From assembly GCA_009914755.4 (NCBI GenBank), contig CP068257.2, positions 18,176,001 to 18,240,000 on the forward strand: a stretch of DNA of 64,000 nt, written 5' to 3'. The notes below the pieces were generated by a model that was given only the letters and a program-made list of their open reading frames with translations, made no database searches and was not told where the DNA came from. A program made the translations under genes and the position numbers. Shown here piece by piece: positions 55,851 through 64,000 of the stretch. Source of the stretch: the human T2T-CHM13v2.0 reference genome, Homo sapiens. Numbering within the stretch: position 1 is the first letter of the stretch; every line of letters starts with the position of its first letter.

Positions 55851-56206
55851 TCAATGAAACAATATTTATTCTTCAGAAAGATTTTAAAAATTGACAATCT
55901 TTTAGAAAGATTTGAATACAAAAAAAAATAGGAGACTCAAATTACTGAAGTCAAGAAATAGAAAGGTGACGCTACTACTTACCTGAAAAAAAACAAAAAA
56001 GGATTGTAAGAGAATAGTATGAGCGCACCATTGCCAACAAATTAGATAACCTAGATGAAATAGGCAAACTCCTACAAAGGCAGAAACTATCAGGACTGAC
56101 TTAAGAAGAAATAGAAAAACCTAAATAAACCTATAACAAGTCTATATCCACAAATAAAAACTTAGCAATGCTGAATTCTATTAAATGTTTAAAGAATAAT
56201 TATAAT

Positions 56207-56574
<368 letters not shown>

Positions 56575-57900
56575 CTATGAGGCTGGTGTTGCCCTAATAC
56601 TGAAAATAGACAAAAGCATTACAAAAAAAGAACACCAGTATCCTTTATGACTAAACACACAAAGATTCTGAAAAAAATGCAGGGTAACTGAAACCAGCAG
56701 CACATAAAAAGTATCATACACCATAGTCAAGTGTGTTTTATCCTAAAAAACAAGATTGGTTCAACATACCAAAACAAAACAAAATAAAACAAAAATGAAC
56801 AAAAAACAGTGTTGTAGGTTATATTACTAGAATAAAAAGAAAAAATACCCATAGCCATTTCAATGACCAAATCCAACAACCTTTTATAATTAAAAAAACA
56901 GTCAGAAGACTAGGACTAGAGAGGAACATCCTCATTCTAAAATTGGCATTTGTTAAAACCCCACAGCTATTATCATACTTTATAATAAAATATTAAAAAT
57001 CTTCCACCACAGATCAGGAAATGGATAAGGATCTTCATTGTTGCCACTACTATTCAAATTTTACTGGAAGTTCCGGCGATTAGGCAATAAATAAATAAAT
57101 AAATAAATAAATCAATCTAGGTAAGAGAGGATGTAGCAAAATTATCTCCATTGAGGGAGACATGATATTCTCTGTAAACAAACATGAGGAACACAGAATA
57201 AAAATACTATAGAGCTGATAAGGAGTTCAGTAATGCTGCAGGATAAAAGATCAATATACAGAAATCAATTGTATTTTTATATGCTAGTAATTAACAATCC
57301 AAAAATGAACTTAAGAGAACAATATCATTTGTAACACTATCAAAACAATTAAAATATATAAGAATATTTAAATAGATAAGTGCAAGAATTGTACACTGAA
57401 AGTTACAAAGATGGTAGTATGTCCTCAATTGATATACAGATTAAACACTATCCCTATAGAAATCCAAGTGGCTTCTTTTCAAAACTTGAAAAGTTGATGC
57501 TAAAATTTATATGGAAATGCATAAGAGTAAGAATAGCAAACACGATTTTGACAAAGAAGAATATAATTAAAGAATCCATACTTTCTGATTTCACAACTTG
57601 TTACAAAAATACAATAAACAAAATTTTGTGATAGCAGCATAAAGATAGACAAATTGAGCAGTGTAACAGAACGGAAAATCAAGAAATAAACCTACTTTTT
57701 ATGAGCAATTGTTTTTGACAAAGGTATAAAGAGATTACAGTGAGGAAAAACCTTTTTAACAGATGGTGCTGGGACAACTGTATATCCACATGTAAAGCAA
57801 TGAAGTTGGACATCATACTCCACATTATATGCAAAAAAGAATAACTCAAAATGTATCAAAGACCCAAATATAAGAGCTTAAACTATAAAACTCTTAGTAA

Positions 57901-58453
<553 letters not shown>

Positions 58454-58820
58454 TCAATTAAAAGACAACCCAATAAAATTATGCAAAGGATTTGAATAGA
58501 CGTTTGTTCAAAAAATATATACAAATGCTTAATAAGCAAGTGAAATGATGCTCAAAATTATTAGCCATTAAAGAAATACAAATCTCACTTCACCTCATTA
58601 GTGTGACTATTATTTTAAAAAAGGCAGATATATCAATTCCTGGCAAGGTTGTGGAGAATTTGGAACTATCCTACCTTGCTGGTGTGAAATGTAAAATAGT
58701 GTAGTCTCTTTGGAATATGTTTTCCCAATTCTGCACAATTACACATTATTACAGTATGATTCAGTCTTTCCAATTCTAAATATATAGCCAATTGAAAACA
58801 TATATCCACACAAAAGTATT

Positions 58821-59160
58821 TGTATTAGTTTGTTCTCACACTGCTATAAAGAAATACCCAAGGCTGGGTAATTTATAAAGGAAAGAAACTTAATTGACTC
58901 ACAGTTCTGCATGGCTGGGGAGGCCTCAGGAAACTTACAATCATGTGGAAGGCAGAGGAGAAGCAGCCATCTTCTTCACAGGGCCCCTTATAAAACCATC
59001 AGATCTCATGAGAACTCACTCACTACCAAGAGAACAGCATGAGGGAAACCGCCCCCATGATTCAATTATCTCCACCTGTTCCACAATCAACATGTGGGGA
59101 TTATGGGGATTACAAGTCAAGATGAAATTTTGGTGGAGACACAGAGCCTAACTATATCAG
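58821..59160 (-). mobile_element. MaLR LTR (THE1/MST-like), about 340 bp, essentially full-length solo LTR in minus orientation, nested in the L1M 3' region
   Basis: tgtattagtttgttctcacactgctataaagaaatacccaaggctgggtaatttataaaggaaagaaacttaattgactcacagttctgcatggctggggaggcctcaggaaacttacaatcatgtggaaggcagaggagaagcagccatcttcttcacagggccccttataaaaccatcagatctcatgagaactcactcactaccaagagaacagcatgagggaaaccgcccccatgattcaattatctccacctgttccacaatcaacatgtggggattatggggattacaagtcaagatgaaattttggtggagacacagagcctaactatatcag is the reverse complement of the THE1/MST consensus from its 3' end (...ggactaatacag) back to its 5' start (tgatatggtttggctgtgtcc...). ORF 58894-59151 lies inside. Confidence 0.88.
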
Positions 59161-60939
59161 TCTTATATTTGGATATTAATAGCGGCATAATTTATAATAG
59201 CTAAAATGTATAAACAAACAAATGTCCATCCACTAATAAATGAATGAACAAAACACAACATTTCCATACAATGGAATATTTTCATCTAGCAAACGTAATA
59301 AAGAATTGATTCATGCTAAAATATGGAGGCAAGTTGAAAACATTATACTGAGTAAAAGAGACCAGCACAAAAGGTTAAATATTGTGTGATTCTATTTATA
59401 TGAAGGGATCAAAATAGTCAAATCCACCAATTCAGAAAATAGGTTGCCAGGTTTGTGGGTAACCAGGGAGTTACTGCTGATGGGTACACGTTGTCTCTTT
59501 GGGGTCATGGAAATATTCTGAAATAAAGTATTGCTGGTATTTGCACGATTTTATTAGTACATAAAAACCACTGAATTGCACACTTTAAAAGGATAACATT
59601 TATGTCATGTGACATATCTCAATTAAAAGCATCATATGTGGAAAGCTGGATTTGGCCCAAAGGCAGAAGTTTGTTAACTCTTTCATCTCCTCATGTGAAC
59701 CATAAAAAAGGATCTAAATTACTAACCTATTGTCACTAGGTAAATTCCACAAGAGCAATGACAAAGATACTAGAAATGTCCTCGTTTCCAAGGTCTTTAT
59801 TTTGAATCATCACTTGTTTAGATAGAATCAATCAGTTCTTCCTTCTACTTGGTTTGAGTTGTCACATGTGGATTTGCTTTTTATTATATTAGAGTCACTC
59901 AAGGAAGCATTATTGCCAGGGTTCATTAAATTTTGAGAAAATTTTTCAAATTTTATTAATATATGAACTGTTAAGTCAAAAATGACTTGGCATCTTAAAA
60001 GCTTCACAATTAAGCTGATACTGAAGATATTTTACCACATCAGTTCTCTCAATGTTTCCAAATTTTGGGGTTAGACTTTTTATAAGCGAACTTGATTTTA
60101 TCCATTGGCTCTTTGAAAAATCAAAAGCCTTGGTTTAGTTGATTGATAGATTTTTTTCCTCCAAAATTTTGTTTGGAAGATTTATTGCCAATACATGATT
60201 GCATTATCTTATTGCTACACCTGTGATCTGCCAGCCCCCCACACCCAAAATTGGAACAATTATTTCATTAGTGTTTCTAACTGGAAACTATTTGGCTCTT
60301 TAATGGTAGATGATCACAATTTGTCTCATCGTCTACTCTAATCTCCTTAGGAGTCCTAGATTTAGTCCTCTGATAAGATGCCATAAAATAAAATAAAGAA
60401 AACTCTAATCTACAGACCTTACTTTAGTCTGCTCTGATATTGAATGTTACTTTAGAGAAATCTGAAAGTAGCATTTTTTATTCATGAGAAATTTATTTCT
60501 TGATATTAGTGATTCACATCAATTTCCTTGAGAGCATATAGGAAATAGAAATGATCAGTAACATTTATTGAATGCACAAACTATTTTTTGAAACTAAGTA
60601 AAATATTTCAGTATTGTTAGACAATTTCTGATTTCAAAAATATTAAAAAACATCTTGGATTTAATAAAAAGCAGTTTAATATACTAGCTATTATATGCAA
60701 GCTATTCATTATGCCACTCAATCAATAATACTACTCTGAAATAATGATCTCAGGTATACCGATAAGGAAACTGGAGATCGTATGGAGAAAGACAAATGAT
60801 AAAAATTACAATAAAGATATGAAAGATGAGCTGCTAAAAGCCAAAACAAATGATGACAGACCTTCTTAGAGAGAGAGAAAGTAACTTTCTCTCTGCGGTG
60901 GTCTGCCTAAAAATGAATACAATCATGGACTAAAGGAAG

Positions 60940-62500
60940 TAAATGATTGATCATAGATGACACAAACAAATGGAAAAGTATTTCATATGCATGGATTAGA
61001 AGAGTCAATAATGTTAAAATGGCCATATTGCCCAAAGCAATTTACAGATTTAATACTATTCCTATCAAACTACCAATGACATTTTTTGCAAAGTTAGAAA
61101 AAAAAACTATTCTAAATTTCTTGTGGAGTCAAAAAATAGCCCTAATAGCCAAAGCAATCCTAAGCCAAAAGAACAAAGCCAGAGACATCACATTACCTGA
61201 TTTGAAACTATACTATCAGGCTATAGTAACAAAAACAGTATGGTACTGGTACAAAAATAGACACATATACGAATGAAACAGAATAGAGAACTCAGAAATA
61301 AAGCTGCACACCTACAGCCATATGATCTTCAATAAACTTGATAAAAATAAGCAATGGGAAAAGGACACCCTATTCAATAAATGATGTTGGGATAACCAGC
61401 TAGTCATGTTTAGAAGAATGAAACTGGACACAAGATGGTTTAAAGATTTCAAAGTAAGACTTTAAATTAGAAGAAACCTAGAAGAAAACCTAGGAAACAG
61501 AATTCTGGACATCAGCCTTGAGAAAGAATGTATTACTAAGTACTCAAAAGCAATTGCAAGAAAAACAAAAATTGAAGAATGGGCCCTAATTAAACTAAAG
61601 AGCTTCTGCACAACAAAAGAAGTTATCAACAATGTAAACAGGCAACCTACAGAATGAGAGAAAATTTTTGCAAGCCATGCATGTGACAAAGGTCTAATAT
61701 CCAGAATCTATAAGGAACTTAAATGAATCAACTAATAACCCTACTAAAAAATTGGCAAAAGGCATGAACACACACGTCTCAAAAGAAGACATACACATGG
61801 CTAACAAACATGAAAAAATGCTATCATCACTAATCAGAGAAATGCAAATCAAAACCACAATGAAATACTATCTCAGCCCAGTCAGAATGGCTGTTACTAA
61901 AAAGCCAAAAAGCAACAGATGCTGGTGAGGCTGAAGAGAAAAGGGAAGGCTCATACAATGTTCGTGGGAATGTAAATGAGTTCAGACACTTTGGAAAGAA
62001 GTTTGGACATTTCTCAAAGAACTGAAAACAGCTATCATCAAACCAGCAATCCCATTACTTGGTATATATCCAAAAGAAAACAAGTTATCCTATCAGAAAA
62101 AACACGTGCCGTTTTATGGTCATTGCAGCACTCTTCACAATAGCAAAGACATGGAAACAACCTACGTGCCCATCAATTGCGGATTGGATAAGGAAAATGT
62201 GGTACCTATACACCATGGAATACTATGCAGCCATAAAAAAAAGAACAAATTCATGTTTCTTGCAGCAACATGGATGCAGCTGCAGGACATATTCTAAGTG
62301 AATTAATGCAGGTACAGAAAACCATGTACCACATGTTCTCACTTATACGTGGGAGCTGAAGACTGGGTGCTCATGCACATAAAGATGGCAATAATAGACA
62401 CTGGAGACTACTGGGAAGGAAAGAGGGAAGGGAGCAAGGGTTGAAAAACTATTAGACATTATGCTCACTACCTGAATGCTAGGAACTGTGAAGACCAGAA
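60940..62500 (+). mobile_element. LINE-1 (intermediate-age L1PB / older L1PA-like) 5'-truncated copy: the 3' roughly 1.5 kb of ORF2 with frameshifts, plus the start of the 3'UTR
   Basis: ORF 60947-61276 ([57 protein letters not shown]...[25 protein letters not shown]) matches the ORF2 segment [43 protein letters not shown]...[26 protein letters not shown]. Downstream, ...FCTTKEVINNVNRQPTE.EKIF...NPTKKLAKGMNTH.SKEDIHMANKH..., [52 protein letters not shown] (ORF 62059-62301) and then ...tgtaccacatgttctcacttatacgtgggagctgaag are colinear with the L1 3' region. Confidence 0.9.
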
Positions 62501-63289
62501 GAAATATTGATAAGTTATCCTGGACCCTGATACCATCTCAGAAGAAAATATATTTCTGGATAATTGACAACCCTTGAGACTCAGGAAAGGAAAGCTTATG
62601 GATATATTTATGTAAAAGAAAAACTAAATTTAGGAAATTTTAGTGACGTAATTAGTCCTAGTATTAATGAGAGAGTAGTTTCCTGCAAATGAATTCACTT
62701 TCAATGATGTAATACGATTCGGAATTGTTCAGAGAATGAACAAAAGGTTCTAAATTCACTTTTAGATAAACATATTACCTCCAGCCAAAAGGACACTTAC
62801 AGTTTTATTTCTTGTTATTTATGCAAAACTAGGTATGATATATGTGCTCTTTCAAACTGTATATCTTTGATCTGATATTATACCCTTTTGTCTTGCATGT
62901 GTCAGAGACAGATATACCACAAGGTTTGATTTGCTTTAAAAATGCTATTTGTTTTACTTAGTTTTACTTTACACCAATTTGGAGTATTAATAAGTTTGTT
63001 TTAGTTCAAATGATCCTGCATTAAGTGTTGATAAGGCAAAGGAAAACATTGATCTATCAACAGGACCAGTAAAATCTGAAAGAAAGTCTAGCTTCGCAAA
63101 TATAAAAACATATATAGAAAGAAATAAATGTAAGGAGATTGTTGAATTAGTGCATCCAGCATAATCAGTTTTAACTATTCTGTGAAGTGCTCAAAATCGA
63201 AGTGACAAGGAATAAAATTATGGCCTTTGTTATCATTAGGCCATTTAAAGTCTCAGGAAATTACAAGGTGACAGTTTAGCAGAAAGTGA

Positions 63290-63500
63290 CAGAGCATGGA
63301 CTTTGAAAGCAAGTAAGACCAGATATGGACATTGCAATTCATGTCTGGAAATACCTTTGATAAGTAGCTTGGCTTTTATAATCATCAATTTAATTTATTT
63401 AACCTCTATAGCAAAGGCGATAATATTATACATCATTTAAAGATTTTTGTAAAAATTAAATGAAACAACAATGTAAAGTGTGTAGGCTGTCACACAGCTT
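63290..63500 (+). mobile_element. MIR SINE, diverged
   Basis: agcatggactttgaaagcaagtaagaccagatatggacattgcaattcatgtctggaaatacctttgataagtagcttggcttttataatcatcaatttaatttatttaacctctatagc...taaaaattaaatgaaacaacaatgtaaagtgtgtaggctgtcacacagc follows the MIR consensus blocks (ggactttggagtcagacagacctgggttcgaatcccagctctgccacttactagctgtgtgaccttgggcaagttacttaacctctctg...attaaatgagataatgcatgtaaagcgcttagcacagtgcctggcacatag). Confidence 0.55.
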
Positions 63501-63599
63501 TTAGTATATATTAGCTATTCTATTATTTGCACAGGTTTCTATTATTTGTATTTTAATTTTGTATGACAGGTCATACTACCAACATCAAAAAGATGTTAA

Positions 63600-63968
<369 letters not shown>

Positions 63969-64000
63969 TAACAAAATAAAGAACAATCATTGCATTATTT

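Overview
This window is primate (human-like) nuclear genomic DNA, not a prokaryotic locus. It is AT-rich and has the composition of a gene-poor intergenic or intronic interval. I see no CRISPR array, operon or defence-system-like architecture, and no convincing host protein-coding exon, tRNA, rRNA or small-RNA gene. No undescribed biological system is apparent.

At least about 20 kb of the 64 kb is recognisable by eye as interspersed repeats:
- about 14 Alu copies on both strands, several with intact target-site duplications;
- four LINE-1 segments: a young L1PA-type 3' end at 1-1060, an old L1M remnant near 23-25 kb, a roughly 5.7 kb L1M carrying four nested younger insertions at about 54-59.6 kb, and an L1 ORF2 3' portion at 60.9-62.5 kb;
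- at least seven MaLR-type LTRs (MST, MLT1 and THE1-like);
- three MIR copies;
- one small TIR-bounded DNA transposon with TA target-site duplications;
- many micro- and minisatellites.

Every long ORF in the six-frame track lies inside a repeat or a low-complexity tract. The ORFs fall into five groups:
- L1 ORF2 fragments;
- Alu read-through;
- translation of a GA-rich microsatellite;
- translation of a polypyrimidine tract;
- overlapping ORFs on both strands of one GC-rich block.

The one real compositional anomaly is a roughly 1.5 kb GC-rich, CpG-retaining block at 37.4-38.9 kb. It has a diverged second copy of its 3' third at 39.86-40.37 kb, abutting truncated MaLR LTRs. I cannot assign it to a family from memory. 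It is most likely an older retroelement LTR or a LINE 5'UTR-like sequence rather than a gene.

All repeat family calls are from pattern recognition against remembered consensus sequences, not from a database search.
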